Source of the DNA: an uncultured Acidobacteriaceae bacterium
GTDB taxonomy: Bacteria > Acidobacteriota > Terriglobia > Terriglobales > Acidobacteriaceae
Direction of reading: 5' to 3'
Assembly: GCA_963788905.1 (NCBI GenBank)
Contig: CAWBIO010000008.1
Span: 129,022-193,021, forward strand
Length of the DNA: 64,000 nt
Shown here: positions 1 to 11,240 of the stretch, one piece after another
How the letters are laid out: every line of letters begins with the position of its first letter
How positions within the stretch are numbered: the first letter of the stretch is position 1
Program-made: the position numbers and the translations under genes
Notes under the pieces: generated by a model
The model's input: the letters and a program-made list of their open reading frames with translations, nothing else
The model's database searches: none
Told to the model about the DNA's origin: nothing

Positions 1-571
1 TGGTCCGGTACTTTTCCTCGGTTCTGCGGAGATCCGCGATGCGCTCCGCCACCTGTCTGTCCAGGTCTTCCATTTTGAGGCGCGCCAGGCGCATTGCAGT
101 CCATTTCGCCGTCAGCGCGTGCGCGAGCTGCTTAACCTCGATGTTGTCGAAAGGCTTCTTGAGGATGACGAAGTTATGAGAGACCCCCAGTTCCTGGGCG
201 ATGGTATTCCAGTTGTAGTCCGAATGGGCTGTGCAGATAACAACCTGAAGTTCGGGATCGACGAGCCACAGGTGGCGGATGGTCTCAATGCCATCCCAAC
301 CGGGAGGCATGCGTACGTCGACAAAGGCCAGGGCGTAAGAAGCCCCTGACGACTGAGCTCGCACCAGGAAGTCAAGCCCCTCCTGCCCCTGAAAGGCCGA
401 ATCCACCTCAAACTCCGTTCCAGGCTCCTGAGTTGTGCCGAACAGCAGCTCCTCGTCGGCGCTCAGGCCGGAGTCGTCGTTCTGATGCACCAGGATCTTT
501 TTGAGATCGTCATGGATGGACTCGTTGTCGTCGATGATGAGTAACCGGTAGCGGTTCGCCTGGTCTGTCAT
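1..571 (-). CDS. Response-regulator receiver (REC) domain protein, partial (C-terminus lies beyond the window start)
   Basis: Absent from the ORF track because there is no stop in the window. Reverse-strand translation from ATG 571-569 gives [23 protein letters not shown]...FVDVRMPPGWDGIETIRHL...VVICTAHSDY...ILKKPF. These are the CheY-like DD, D, T/A and K positions. A coiled-coil linker follows (...RIADLRRTEEKYRT). The ATG overlaps the kinase stop (ATGA at 568-571). Confidence 0.85.
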   Translation of the reverse strand, partial: MTDQANRYRLLIIDDNESIHDDLKKILVHQNDDSGLSADEELLFGTTQEPGTEFEVDSAFQGQEGLDFLVRAQSSGASYALAFVDVRMPPGWDGIETIRHLWLVDPELQVVICTAHSDYNWNTIAQELGVSHNFVILKKPFDNIEVKQLAHALTAKWTAMRLARLKMEDLDRQVAERIADLRRTEEKYRT

Positions 572-2271
572 GCAGTTGCTCCTTCTCGGGAGGTGTGTCG
601 ACGATTCAGAGGGAGTTCGAGCGTGAAGACCGCTCCACAATCGGCACCGTCACTTTCCGCAGTCAGCGCACCGCCCAGCTCCCGGGCGGCGAGAGCGCCG
701 GAATGCAGCCCGAAACCATGGCCGTCCGCCTTGGTGGTGAAACCATGAGAGAAAATCCGCACCAGATTCCCGGGTACGATGCCCACACCGTTGTCGCGAA
801 CCTGGATCGCCACGCGATCCTCGCTGAGGCGCCGGGTATGCACGCCGATCTCGCGTGGACGGCGATCCGAACCCTTGACTGCGTCGATGGCATTGCGGAG
901 CAGGTTCAGCAGGATTTGCAGCACTTTGTGCCGATCGGTATTCACGCTGGGCAGTTCGTCTCCGTCCACATGCAAAACAATGCCGTGCCGCTCGATGCCG
1001 GGACGAGTGATGCCGAGAACATCGTCAATCACGCTGGTGAGCGCAAACTTCTCGCTGATGCCCGAGGAACGCGCATAGGTTTGCTGCATGGCCACGATCT
1101 CTTTGATATGACCCACGTGCTGAACCAGGACTGCCACCTCCTGCATCAGCCGCTCGCGGTCCTCTTCCAGCTTCTGCGTCAGTTTGTACAGATAGGGAAA
1201 GATCCGCACGCCCCGTGGGTCGGAAGTGAGAAAATCGGCAATCCTCCCCTCTTTCTCCCGCAACAGCTGAACCAGCCCGGTCAACTGAGTGACCCGCGAT
1301 TCGCGGAGCTGGTCAGCGACGATGGTGGCGGAGACGTTCACGCTGTTCAGCACGTTGCCAACGTTGTGCAGGACGCCGGTGGCGACCTCCGCCATCCCTG
1401 AAAGGCGGGATAGCTCGATCAGGCGCTTCTGCGCTTCGGCCAGTTCGGTATGTGCCTTGTCGCGGGCGACAATCTGCTCGCTAAGCTCCTGGGTGCGGAG
1501 CGCGACGCGAATTTCGAGGTCGCGTTTGGCTTCAGACAGCTCGCGGTCGCGATGCAGGATGGCATCGGCCATACCGTTGAACGCGTGAGCCAGCTGCTCG
1601 ATCTCATCGTGGCTGCGTACATCGGAGCGTGCCGTCAGATCGCCGCCGGCTACCCTTTCGACGACACTTTGGAGGCGGTGGATTGGCCGCACAAAGTGGC
1701 CAGCCCAGGAGACCGATGCCAGCAACCCCAGCAGGACACATGCGATGGTCAGCAACCCGGTGCGCTCGTTCACGTCGCGCGAGCTGCGGTCGTAGGTTTC
1801 CAGCGACAGCCCAACGTGAATCCAGCCCCACTCAATCCCGTTGTAATCGAAGGGCGCGGAATAATGGAACAGGCGCTGGTTGAACGTCGGTACGATTCCG
1901 ATCACACCGGATGGCCGCCGCACCCCTGAACGCCAGTAGCGGTCGATATTCGGCTCCGTGCGCCAGCTGTCGCGCTCGATGATCAGCGCGTAGCCGTCAT
2001 TCTTGGCTATCACCAGAAAATCCACGGCCGGGTCCTGCGCGAGAACCTGCATCGCGTGGTCGATCACCGACGAGTAATCCTCAGTGATCGCGGCGTTGGC
2101 GATTTCACCGTGCAGGGCGGCCGCGACGCCGCTGGCCTCCGACTCCAGCTGGATGCGCAGGTCACGCTTCTGTTCGGGAATGATGATGGCAACAAAAATG
2201 GCGAGCGTACCCAGGGATACTGACCATGCCAGCAGGGTGATGCGGCGAGTAATGCCTGTCGGCCGAAGCAC
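568..2271 (-). CDS. Sensor histidine kinase with two TM helices, periplasmic loop, HAMP domain and HATPase_c
   Basis: 567-aa ORF with GTG start. TM1 is [21 protein letters not shown] and TM2 is [23 protein letters not shown] segment: [18 protein letters not shown]...[15 protein letters not shown]-box: [16 protein letters not shown]-lid motifs: [23 protein letters not shown]. Confidence 0.9.
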   Translation of the reverse strand: MLRPTGITRRITLLAWSVSLGTLAIFVAIIIPEQKRDLRIQLESEASGVAAALHGEIANAAITEDYSSVIDHAMQVLAQDPAVDFLVIAKNDGYALIIERDSWRTEPNIDRYWRSGVRRPSGVIGIVPTFNQRLFHYSAPFDYNGIEWGWIHVGLSLETYDRSSRDVNERTGLLTIACVLLGLLASVSWAGHFVRPIHRLQSVVERVAGGDLTARSDVRSHDEIEQLAHAFNGMADAILHRDRELSEAKRDLEIRVALRTQELSEQIVARDKAHTELAEAQKRLIELSRLSGMAEVATGVLHNVGNVLNSVNVSATIVADQLRESRVTQLTGLVQLLREKEGRIADFLTSDPRGVRIFPYLYKLTQKLEEDRERLMQEVAVLVQHVGHIKEIVAMQQTYARSSGISEKFALTSVIDDVLGITRPGIERHGIVLHVDGDELPSVNTDRHKVLQILLNLLRNAIDAVKGSDRRPREIGVHTRRLSEDRVAIQVRDNGVGIVPGNLVRIFSHGFTTKADGHGFGLHSGALAARELGGALTAESDGADCGAVFTLELPLNRRHTSREGATA

Positions 2272-2277
2272 CGTTGC

Positions 2278-3243
2278 TCACCAGCCGGCTCGGCTGTCCT
2301 CTCTGCGATCCCGCCTGCGCGCCAGGCATCGCTGATAGTCGGTCAGCATGTCAACCGTGGTCTTCAGCACCGCCGCGGTGCGCAGCACGAAGCTGTGGGA
2401 TTGGTAAAGGGCGGCGATCTGCTGACCCGCGGGGACAGCAGCGATGTTCAAAATCGCGTCGATGAGGGCTTTGCGTCCTGCCTCGCTGCAGTGGCGGCGA
2501 AAGGCAAGCAGGATGGGGACCAGTTTGGGGGAAACGGCGAAAACCCGCAGAGAGCGGCCCAGCTGAGGATTCAGCTCGACGGCGGTTTCCCAGTTCTGCC
2601 GCGCCAGACACGCCACATCGACGCGGCGGAAGAAGACCGGCAGCGCCACCTGGTTGATGTTGTCACGGGAAGAAATGCTCGAGAAAAACTGCTGCGCGGG
2701 CGGCAGTGCACTGGCGGTCAGCGTCGTTTCCAGCCAAGCCGGGGCGAGAACCAGGTCCGGGTGGTGGTGCACAATCATCTGGGCGCCACGCAGGTCGGCG
2801 AGGGAATGGAACGGACTCTGGTTGTTGACCACCAGAATGTATTCCATCCCGTCGGCGATCGAATCCTGCAGGAGGATGAAACTGGGATCGGTGACGTCGG
2901 CCACCTTCATGTATTCGAGCGCGGTGATGCCGTAGCAGTCCACAGTGCCGGAGCGCACGTCGCGGAGCAGTTCCTCGGAGGGCAGGAAGATCTGGGGGTT
3001 AACGGCGGCGCGGACGGAGCCGAGGTGGCGGGTGACTTCCTGGCTCCAGACCGTGTAGGCGGCGCGCGCATCGTTAATGTTGGCCCCCCCGAGGGTTTCG
3101 GCGCTGACCGCAACGGTGACCAGTCCGTCCTCGGCGAATACCAGGCGCGGCGTGAAGGTGGCGGCGGCACTGCAGGCCATGAGCCCGAGCATTTTCCGGC
3201 GGGTCAGGTTGTGGGTGACGACTCGTGGCATCTCGAAGTTCAT
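2278..3243 (-). CDS. Periplasmic substrate-binding protein, PhnD/phosphonate-binding-like fold (no ABC partner genes nearby)
   Basis: 321-aa ORF. N-terminal Tat-like/signal segment (TRRKMLGLMACSAAATF), followed by a periplasmic binding-protein-like sequence. ATGA overlap with the upstream OMP gene (3240-3243) and a 6-nt gap to the kinase gene. The family call is by eye and only moderate. Confidence 0.7.
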   Translation of the reverse strand: MNFEMPRVVTHNLTRRKMLGLMACSAAATFTPRLVFAEDGLVTVAVSAETLGGANINDARAAYTVWSQEVTRHLGSVRAAVNPQIFLPSEELLRDVRSGTVDCYGITALEYMKVADVTDPSFILLQDSIADGMEYILVVNNQSPFHSLADLRGAQMIVHHHPDLVLAPAWLETTLTASALPPAQQFFSSISSRDNINQVALPVFFRRVDVACLARQNWETAVELNPQLGRSLRVFAVSPKLVPILLAFRRHCSEAGRKALIDAILNIAAVPAGQQIAALYQSHSFVLRTAAVLKTTVDMLTDYQRCLARRRDRREDSRAGW

Positions 3244-4787
3244 GGGTTCCCCGGTTTCGCCGCCAGCGCGGTCTGGAAGCTTTTACCGACAACCATGTCG
3301 ACTCCGGACTGGAGGGTGACATGGTCGTAGATGGCCTTATCGAGCGAGGCTTTGACGAGAGCTTCCTGCAGTTCGACGCGAATGACTTTCTCGGTATCCA
3401 CCTGCCCGTTCTCATAGGCGCGCATGGTCAGGTCCCGATCATCAGACGCGGCGGTGGCGGCATCGCGTCCGGCCTGAACAGACTTTTCCGAAGCCTGCAG
3501 CTGGAGCAAGATGCTGCGCAGTTTCAGGCCGAGGCCGTCGGAGAGCAGCAGCTGCTGCTGTTTCAGCTGCTGAATCCGGGCGCGGACTTCGGCGACTTTC
3601 GCGTTGGTCAGAAATCCGTCGAAAACCGGGATCTCAACTCCGAGGTCGAGCGACCAGCCGGTTCGGTTGTTCGGTGTCGAGAGGCCGCCGTTGTAGGCGT
3701 TCCAGCGACGGTGCAGTTCGCCCTTGAGGCCGACGCGGGGATAGTGGCCGCTTTCGGCGGCGGCCTGCTCGCCATCGAGCGCCTTCAGGCCGGCTTCGAG
3801 AGAGTTCCAGTCGGGATTGAACTGATACGAGTCGGAAACCATCTGGTCGAGATTGCCCTGCCACGCGCTGTAGGGGATTTCCGAATCGGCCGGGATCACG
3901 GTGGAGCGCCACGAGTAGCCGATGGTGTAAGCGAGTGCGGCCTGGGCGGCGGCTTCGTTCTGCTCGAGGGAGGCGACCATGGACCGGACAGTTTCGACCA
4001 TGACCTTGTTATCCAGATAATCGGTTTTGTTCACCGTGCCGGTGCCGTCTTTGTAGAGCGCGTCGGTGACGCGCAGTGTCGCTTCCATGCGCTCCAGCGT
4101 GTCCTCGCCCAGCTGGTGCAGCTGCCGTGCCAGGACTGCGCCGTAGTAGAGCCGGATCACGGAATCGGCCAGCTCGAGGTCCGTCCTTCGTGCACCCGCC
4201 TGGGCAGCTTCGATGCCGGCCTGGCTCTGCCGGCGAAGGCCGCTGCGCATTCCGAAGTCCATCAGCAGCCAGTCGAACTTGCCCGAGACGCTCTCCGTAG
4301 TCGGGTCAAACAGTTTCACATTCTGCGCCGGTACCGGGAAAGTCTGCGTCGGCGTCGTGATCGTCTGCCCGGGAAAACTCACCGGAAGCTGGACAGCGGC
4401 GGGCGGGAACCCAGGACCGAATGCATTGGCCGGGATTGTCACCAAAGCCGTACCGCCGGGCACCGCAACCGATTCCGACGGAATATAGAAGGAGCTTGCC
4501 GGGTAAAGGAAGTTCGGCGAACGGCTCAGGTCTTCAATTCCGGCCTGAGCTGTGACCTGCGGCCAATATGCTGCCAGCGCCTGGCGATGCTGCGCCTCGG
4601 CAACGGCGACCGCGATCTGGCTTGCTGGCCGCGCGTGATTCCGCTCCATTGCCGTGCGCATACAGTCGCTCAGGGAAAGCGTCTGTTGAAGGTCTGTGTT
4701 GTTCTGCGTTGTGCTCTGGGTGATCCCAGCAGAAGGTAAAAGGAAAAGAACAAGAAATCGTAAAGCAATTCCACGGGCCCTTTGCAT
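3240..4787 (-). CDS. TolC-family outer membrane channel protein
   Basis: ORF 3240..4841. I moved the start to ATG 4787-4785 (MQRARGIALRFLVLFLLPSAG signal peptide, with GAGGA a few nt upstream). It shows the two-repeat OEP/TolC-type pattern (LSLSDCMRTAMERN..., ...LELADSVIRLYYGAV..., ...LLLSDGLGLKLRSILLQLQ...). Confidence 0.85.
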   Translation of the reverse strand: MQRARGIALRFLVLFLLPSAGITQSTTQNNTDLQQTLSLSDCMRTAMERNHARPASQIAVAVAEAQHRQALAAYWPQVTAQAGIEDLSRSPNFLYPASSFYIPSESVAVPGGTALVTIPANAFGPGFPPAAVQLPVSFPGQTITTPTQTFPVPAQNVKLFDPTTESVSGKFDWLLMDFGMRSGLRRQSQAGIEAAQAGARRTDLELADSVIRLYYGAVLARQLHQLGEDTLERMEATLRVTDALYKDGTGTVNKTDYLDNKVMVETVRSMVASLEQNEAAAQAALAYTIGYSWRSTVIPADSEIPYSAWQGNLDQMVSDSYQFNPDWNSLEAGLKALDGEQAAAESGHYPRVGLKGELHRRWNAYNGGLSTPNNRTGWSLDLGVEIPVFDGFLTNAKVAEVRARIQQLKQQQLLLSDGLGLKLRSILLQLQASEKSVQAGRDAATAASDDRDLTMRAYENGQVDTEKVIRVELQEALVKASLDKAIYDHVTLQSGVDMVVGKSFQTALAAKPGNP

Positions 4788-5258
4788 CGTTGTTCCTCGC
4801 GAGAAGACGCTGGTACGGGTCTCCCATCCTTTTATCGGCAACGGGTACGCGTTCGCTTAGCGACAAATGGCGAAGTTTTTCATCTCAACCGCGGGAAGCA
4901 TCCTGATTATTCAAAGAATGATGAATGAAATCGCGCGGGAGTGCGCAAAAGTGCATGCAGTGCCGCCGACCTGTCGCCCCGGCTGCGCGTGAGCGGATTA
5001 TGCACCCCGGGCGCATAGGCTTCGATAGCGTTGAACATCGTCTCTGCTATTTACTGGATGGTAACTAATTGGTACAGGTCCGCCGCCTCTTCCCCTTCGG
5101 GGTTCCGGCTGACCGGGGAAGGGCGACGGGTGCTGTGGGCAGGATCGGAAAGCGGAACGCACGGTGTCTGTCGTCCGCCTGGTTTCCAGCAGCGTCTGAG
5201 TTGGGGCCGCGCCTGCATCAGGGTGCCATTTCTGAATCCACCCAGTCCGTCTGTTGAC

Positions 5259-6683
5259 TTAGTCCCAGCCTCCGCCCAGGGCCTCATAGAGCTGGACCAG
5301 GGAAAGCGCTTCGCCTTCCTGCGCATTGACGAGGTTGAGCTGCGCGGAGAAGAGATCCGAGTCGGTGGTCAGGACTTCGAGGTAGCTGGTGCTGCCCCCC
5401 TGATAACGCATCCTCGCCAGGCGGGTCGCATCCTGCGCTGCTGCCACGAGCAGGGTTTGTTGTTCGCGGGCCGCACGCGTCTTGTCATGAGCGATGAGCG
5501 CGTTCGAAACATCGCGGAAAGCGCCGGCGATGGTCTTTTGATAATTGAGGACCATTTCCTCTTTTTGGTGTTGGGAGAGCTGGAGCTGCCCGCGCAGCTT
5601 GCCGCCTTCGAAGAGTGGCTGGGCGAGGGTGCCGAGGCCATAGACGGTGTGGCCGCCGGGGTCAAAGAGATTCGACCACTGGTCGCCGCCGACACCGCCG
5701 GATGCGCTGATGGAAAGCTGGGGGAAGAACTGCGCGCGAGCCACGCCAATCTGCGCGTTGGCTGCGACGAGCTGCTGCTCGGATTCGAGAATGTCTGGGC
5801 GGCGCTCAAGAAGGCGTGATGGAAGGCCGACGGGGAGACTCTGCGGGGGAGGCGTGAGGGCGTTTTCATCGGTGTGGCTGACGGGGCCCGGGTTTTCGCC
5901 GATCAGCAGGCGGAGCGCATTCTCCTGTTGCTGAATCTGCTGTTCGAGTTGCGGAATCTGCGAAGTCGCCGCGTACTCCAGTTCCTCGGCCTGGCGCAGG
6001 TCGGAGAGCGGCGCCGATCCTCCATCGGCAAGCCGACGGGTAAGGTCGACGGATTGCCGGCGAATCTGTACGGTCTGTTTGGCGATTTCCAGCTGGCGAT
6101 CGAGAGCGCGAAGCTGGATGTAGGACGAAGCCACCTGTTCGACGAGCGTCATGCGAACGGCGCGCTGCGCCCAGCTTTGCGCGAGGAGTTGAGCGCGAGC
6201 CGCTTCGGTCTGCCGGCGATAGAGTCCCCAGAAATCCGGCGTCCACGCGGCAGACAAATTGAAGCTGCCTGCGTAGATGGAACTGCCGATGGATTTGCTC
6301 AGAGAATCTGGCAGCTCGGCGCCGATGCCGGTGCCGCCGACAGAGAGCGCAGGAAATTCCTGCGACCGCGTGATTTTCACCTGAGCCTGCTGCTCGAGGA
6401 CGCGCTGCGCGGCGATGCGGACATCGTAGTTATTGGTGAGCGCGGTGCGAATCAGATCCTGCAACTCGGGTTCGCGAAACACCTGAGCCCAGTTCTGATC
6501 GCCGAGCGAGGCTGCGTCGGGTGAAGCAACGTCAGCCCCGTCCGATCCGCGGAAAGCCGGCGCGACGGGAACCTGCGGGCGCTTGTAGTTGGGGCCGACG
6601 GTGCAGCCGACCAGCAGGATCAGAAGGAGAGCGCCGAGCGCGATCTGGCAGGTTCTTGTGATGCGATGCGTGGGCGCAGTCAT
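5259..6683 (-). CDS. RND efflux outer-membrane lipoprotein, NodT family
   Basis: 474-aa ORF. Lipobox LLVGC followed by TVGPNYKRP, the typical NodT N-terminus. The ATG overlaps the pump gene stop (6680-6683). Confidence 0.9.
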   Translation of the reverse strand: MTAPTHRITRTCQIALGALLLILLVGCTVGPNYKRPQVPVAPAFRGSDGADVASPDAASLGDQNWAQVFREPELQDLIRTALTNNYDVRIAAQRVLEQQAQVKITRSQEFPALSVGGTGIGAELPDSLSKSIGSSIYAGSFNLSAAWTPDFWGLYRRQTEAARAQLLAQSWAQRAVRMTLVEQVASSYIQLRALDRQLEIAKQTVQIRRQSVDLTRRLADGGSAPLSDLRQAEELEYAATSQIPQLEQQIQQQENALRLLIGENPGPVSHTDENALTPPPQSLPVGLPSRLLERRPDILESEQQLVAANAQIGVARAQFFPQLSISASGGVGGDQWSNLFDPGGHTVYGLGTLAQPLFEGGKLRGQLQLSQHQKEEMVLNYQKTIAGAFRDVSNALIAHDKTRAAREQQTLLVAAAQDATRLARMRYQGGSTSYLEVLTTDSDLFSAQLNLVNAQEGEALSLVQLYEALGGGWD

Positions 6684-9600
6684 GCCGCTTCTCCTTCCGG
6701 TTCGAGACGTTCAGGTTCGTCCTCCATGTCCTGGGGGCCATGGGTTGAGTCCATCGTCGTACCTTTGCCACCGCGGACGAAGCGATGAGAGAGGAACTCG
6801 ACGACGGAGAAGGTGGTTGGGACCATGAGGATTCCGAAGATCGTCGCCAGCGACATGCCGCCGATGACGACGGTGCCAAGAATGCGCCGCGAGACGGCTC
6901 CGGCGCCGCTCGCCGTCCACAGCGGAATGCAGCCGACGATGAAGGCAAGCGCAGTCATGATGATGGGGCGGAAGCGGATGCGGGCCGCTTTGAGGGCGGA
7001 TTCCGAGATGCTTTGTCCGGAGCGGTAGTTTTGCACGGCAAACTCGACAATGAGGATGGCGTTCTTCGCCGAGAGGCCGATGAGCATGATGAGGCCGACG
7101 GTGGCGAAGATGTCGTTCTCAAGCGAACGCGCGGAGAGGGCGAGATACGCGCCGAGGATCGCCACCGGCGTGCTGAGCAACACGCTGAAGGGCAGGCTCC
7201 AGCTTTCATAGAGAGCCGCGAGAATCAGGAAGACGAACAGCAGAGAAAGCGCGAAGACGACCCAGGCCGGCGTGCCTTCCTCAGCGCGCTGTTCCTGGAA
7301 GCTCATGCCGGAATAGGAGAAGCCCATCCCTGGCGGCATGGTTTGGTGGAAGACTTCTTCGAGCGCGGCGCGGACCTGGCCTGAGCTGTAGCCGGGGGCG
7401 CCGGTGATGTTGAGCTGGGCGGCGTTGTACTCATTGAAACGGATGATGAACTCCGGACCGGCGATTTGTTTGACGTGGACCAGCGCGCTGAGCGGGACCT
7501 GACTGCCGTTCGCGCTGCGCACGTAGAACTGGCCGATGTTCTGGATGTTGCTGCGGGTATCTCCCTCGGCTTCAACGAAGGTTTGCCACTGGCGGCCGAA
7601 GCGGTTGAAGTAATTCACCAGATAGCCACCCATGAAGGTCTGCATGGTGGTGTAGACGTCGTTCAGATCCACCTGCTGCTGCTCGGCCTTCTCGCGATCA
7701 ACGTCGGCGTAGAGCTGGGGCACGCCTGGCATGTAAGAAGGAATGGCGGCGGCGATTTCGGGACGCTTCGAGAGTGCGCCCAGGAAGCCGAAAAGATTTT
7801 TGGTCAGGAAGGTTGGGTCGTCGTTTCCGGAGCGATCCTGGAGGATCATGGTGACGCCGCCGGAGGTGCCGACGCCGGGAATCGATGGCGGCGGGAAGGA
7901 AAAGGCGAGGCCTTCGTTGGCGCCCATCAGCTGCCGCTGCACGCTGGTCTGGATGGCCTCAATCTGTTCCTGTCTCGACTTGCGCTGCGTCCCACGGTTT
8001 GAGCGAGACGAAGAAGAAGGCGGTGTTGGTACTCTGCGTGAGGGTGAGAAGGTTGAAGCCGTCGACACCAACCACACCCCCGACGCCCGGCGTGTGGAGC
8101 AGGGCAGAGGTCACCTTCTGAGCGGCGGCATCGGTCCTCTGCAGCGAGGATGCATCAGGCAGGACTAACGCGGCGAAGAGGTAGCCCTGGTCTTCCTGCG
8201 GGACGAAGCCGCTGGGCAGGCGTCCGCCCATGAAGACCGCGAGGATGGCGATGACGAAGAGCGCGGCCATGGTGATGGCTGACTTGTGGATCAGACGTCC
8301 CGACGTCGTGACGTATTTGTCGGTGGTCCGGCTGAAGAGGAAGTTGAAGCGATCGAAAAAGAACTGGAGCGGGCTGCGACGCACCTTGTGGACCCGCGGC
8401 TTAAGCAGCATCGCGGCCAGCGCCGGGCTTAGGGTGAGAGCGTTGAAGGCGGAAATCAGCACCGAGATGGCGATGGTGACTGCGAACTGCTGATAGAGCC
8501 GGCCGGTGATTCCTGGAATGAACGCAGTCGGAATAAAGACAGCGGCCAGAATGAGCGCGATGGCGATAACCGGCGAGCCGACTTCTTCCATGGCGAGGAC
8601 GGTGGCATCTTTCGGCGCCATGCCTTCCTCAATATGGTGCTCAACGGCTTCCACCACGACGATGGCGTCGTCGACCACGAGGCCGATGGCCAGCACCAGT
8701 CCGAAAAGCGACAGGGTGTTGATGGAGAAGCCGAGCAGCGGGAAGACGATGAAGGTGCCGATCAGCGAGACGGGCACGGCCAGGAGCGGAATGAGCGTGG
8801 CGCGCCAGCTCTGCAGGAAAAGGTAGACGACCAGGACGACGAGCAGCAGCGCGATGCCGAGCGTGATGACGATTTCGCGAATGCCCGCGGTTACCGCGAG
8901 GGTAGTGTCGAGAGGAACGTCGTAGCGCATCCCGGCGGGGAAGGTTGTGGCCAGCTGCGCCAGCCGCTTGCGCACCAGCCTCGCCGTTTCCACGGCGTTG
9001 GAGCCGGGCAATTGGTAGACAGCCATCATGCCGGCGGGCGCATTGTTGTAGCGGGCCGAGAGGCTGTAGATCTGCTCGCCCATTTCAACGCGCGCTACAT
9101 CGTGCAGGTGGAGGATCGACCCATCCGCATTGGCGCGAATAATAATGTTGCCGAACTCTTCGGGCGTGACCAGGCGGCCCTGGGTGCGCACCGTGTAAGT
9201 GAACTGCTGCCCGGCTGGGATGGGCTCGCCGCCGATTTGCCCGGCGGGATTCACATTGTTCTGGGTCTGGATGGCGTTGATGACGTCGGTAGCAGTGACG
9301 CCGAGCTTGGCGAGCGCGTCGGGCCTGACCCACACGCGCAGCGCGTATTGGCCGCCGAAAACCTGAATGCGCGAGACGCCGGGCACGCGCGTCAGCTCGT
9401 CCTGCAGATTAATGATGGCGTAGTTGGTGAGAAAGTCATGGCTATAGCGGTTATCGGGCGACGAGAGGCCAATCAGCATCAGCGGGGAAGTCAGGGATTT
9501 GATGACCGTCACGCCGGCCGTGTTCACCGCGGGCGGAAGCTGGGACTGCGTCTGCGAGACACGGAGCTGCGAGAGCACCTGATCGGTGTCGGCGTTGGTC

Positions 9601-9890
9601 TTGACGTCGAAGTCGACATAGACGGTCGACTGGCCGTTGTTGGCGTTGACCGAGTACATGTAGAGCATGTTGTCGACGCCGTTCATCTGCTGTTCGAGCG
9701 GCGTGGCGACAGCTTCAGTGAGGGTCTTCGCGTCCGCGCCGGGATAGGTGGCTTGGACCTGAATCTCCGGCGGAACGATGTCGGGATATTGGGAAGTGGG
9801 GAGGGTCAGCAACGCAACCGTTCCCACCAGCACGGTGAGAATGGCAATGACAATGGCGACGATAGGCCGCTGGATAAAAAACTTCGACAT
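6680..9890 (-). pseudogene. RND (AcrB/MexB-type) efflux permease, interrupted by one frameshift
   Basis: ORF 7959..9890 (643 aa) starts MSKFFIQRPIVAIVIAILTVLVG, an AcrB N-terminus. ORF 6680..8077 (465 aa) is the AcrB C-terminal half. They overlap in different frames. The junction reads ...FFFVSLKPWD | QRKSRQEQIEAIQTSVQRQL at about 7985-7990. Confidence 0.9.
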
Positions 9891-9892
9891 GG

Positions 9893-11135
9893 TTAGCTCC
9901 CTGTCGCAGGGTTGGTGGCTGGAGGCGGCTGGGCCGCGTGCGGTGCAACCGGCGCGCCCTCTCTCAGCTTCTGCAGGTTGTCGGTGATCACCTGGGCTCC
10001 GGGCGCAAGTCCGCTTTCGACGATCCAGTCATTGCCGATGCTGCGGACCAAGCTTCACGTTGACAACGTGCACACGGTTGCCGGAGTCGACGGTGTACAC
10101 CTGCTCGATGCCCTGTAACTCCTGCACTGCGATTTGCGGAATCAGCAGTGCGCCGTGGCGAATCTCAGTGTCCGCCGTGACCCTTCCGAATTGCCCGGGG
10201 CGAAGAACATTGCCTGGATTCGGAAATGCAGCGGCGATACGGATGGCGCCCGTCTGCTGGTTCATTTGCCGGTCGACGAAGATGATGCGTCCCTGATGCG
10301 GATAAGGCTGGCCGTTGGCAAGAGTGAGCGTAAGCGGCAGATTGGACCCGCCATGCAGTAAGTCACCCCCGGAATGCTTCGCGCGATCGATAAGTGCCAG
10401 GTATTCGCTGTCGCTGATGGAGAAGTAGACCTTAATGGGATCGAGTTGCGAGACCGCGGTCAGCACCGATTGCGGGCTGACAAGATTGCCGACCTGCGTG
10501 GTCGCCTGACCTGCGACTCCTCCGATGAGCGAACGAACCTGAGTGAAGCCAAGGTTCAGCTGCGCATTTCTCAGCGCGGCTTCCGCAGCGTCAACCGCTG
10601 CCTGGCCCGCAGCGACGCCAGCCTCTGCCTGCGCCTGCTGCTGCGTTTCGTTATCCAGCTGGCTTTGCGCAATCGCCCTCGCCTGGGCCAGCGGCGTGTC
10701 GCGCTTCACGTTGATCTGAGCCAGTGCCAGCGCCGCCCGGGCCTGCGCCAACTGCCCTCTGGCCTGTTCCACCTGCGCCTGGGCCTGATCGGCGGCAGCC
10801 TGGAAGGGCCGCGGGTCGATCTGGAAAAGCACCTCGCCTTTGGCGACCGGCGACCCCTCGCGATATTCCTGTTTCACCAGGTAGCCGCTTACCTGCGGCT
10901 GAATCTGCGCATTAACGTAGCCGTCCAGGGTACCGACCCACGAGCCACTCAGCGGCACGTCAGCCTGAGAAACGCGGACGACCGAAACCGGCATGGGGCC
11001 CATCGCCGGAGTGACCGCCTTCCCGGTCTGGCAGCCGGTAAGTGCGGAAAGCGAGAGGGCGGCCAGGAAGATGGCTGCGATGGTATGTATACCGCGTGTT
11101 TCGGATCGACTCAACCGTGGGTGATTCGCTGTCAT
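9893..11135 (-). pseudogene. RND efflux membrane-fusion (periplasmic adaptor) protein, frameshifted near the 3' end
   Basis: ORF 10029..11276 ends ...VHVVNVKLGPQHRQ*. The adjacent frame continues with RSIGNDWIVESGLAPGAQVITDNLQKLREGAPVAPHAAQPPPATNPATGS, ending at TAA 9895-9893. That is a normal MFP C-terminus finishing 2 nt before the pump ATG. I set the start at ATG 11135 (MTANHPRL..., lipobox LTGCQ, AGGAG upstream). Confidence 0.85.
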
Positions 11136-11240
11136 TTGTTTTCTCCTGTATGAAAAGGTTGCGAAAAACATACACGGATGTATATTGGTCTCTGATTCGG
11201 AGGAACCGGCTGCCGATGCAAAATTCGCCCGGGTTCTGAA

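Noticed and set aside
3225-4739. 504-aa plus-strand ORF opposite the TolC-like gene
   Set aside because: Shadow ORF with Gly/Arg/Ala-rich composition and no family match. The opposite strand encodes a clear OEP-family protein with a signal peptide and RBS.
11168-11186. Candidate TetR operator (ATACA-CGGA-TGTAT) in the tetR/MFP divergent region
   Set aside because: The arms are only 5 bp, which is too short to distinguish from chance without comparative or binding data.
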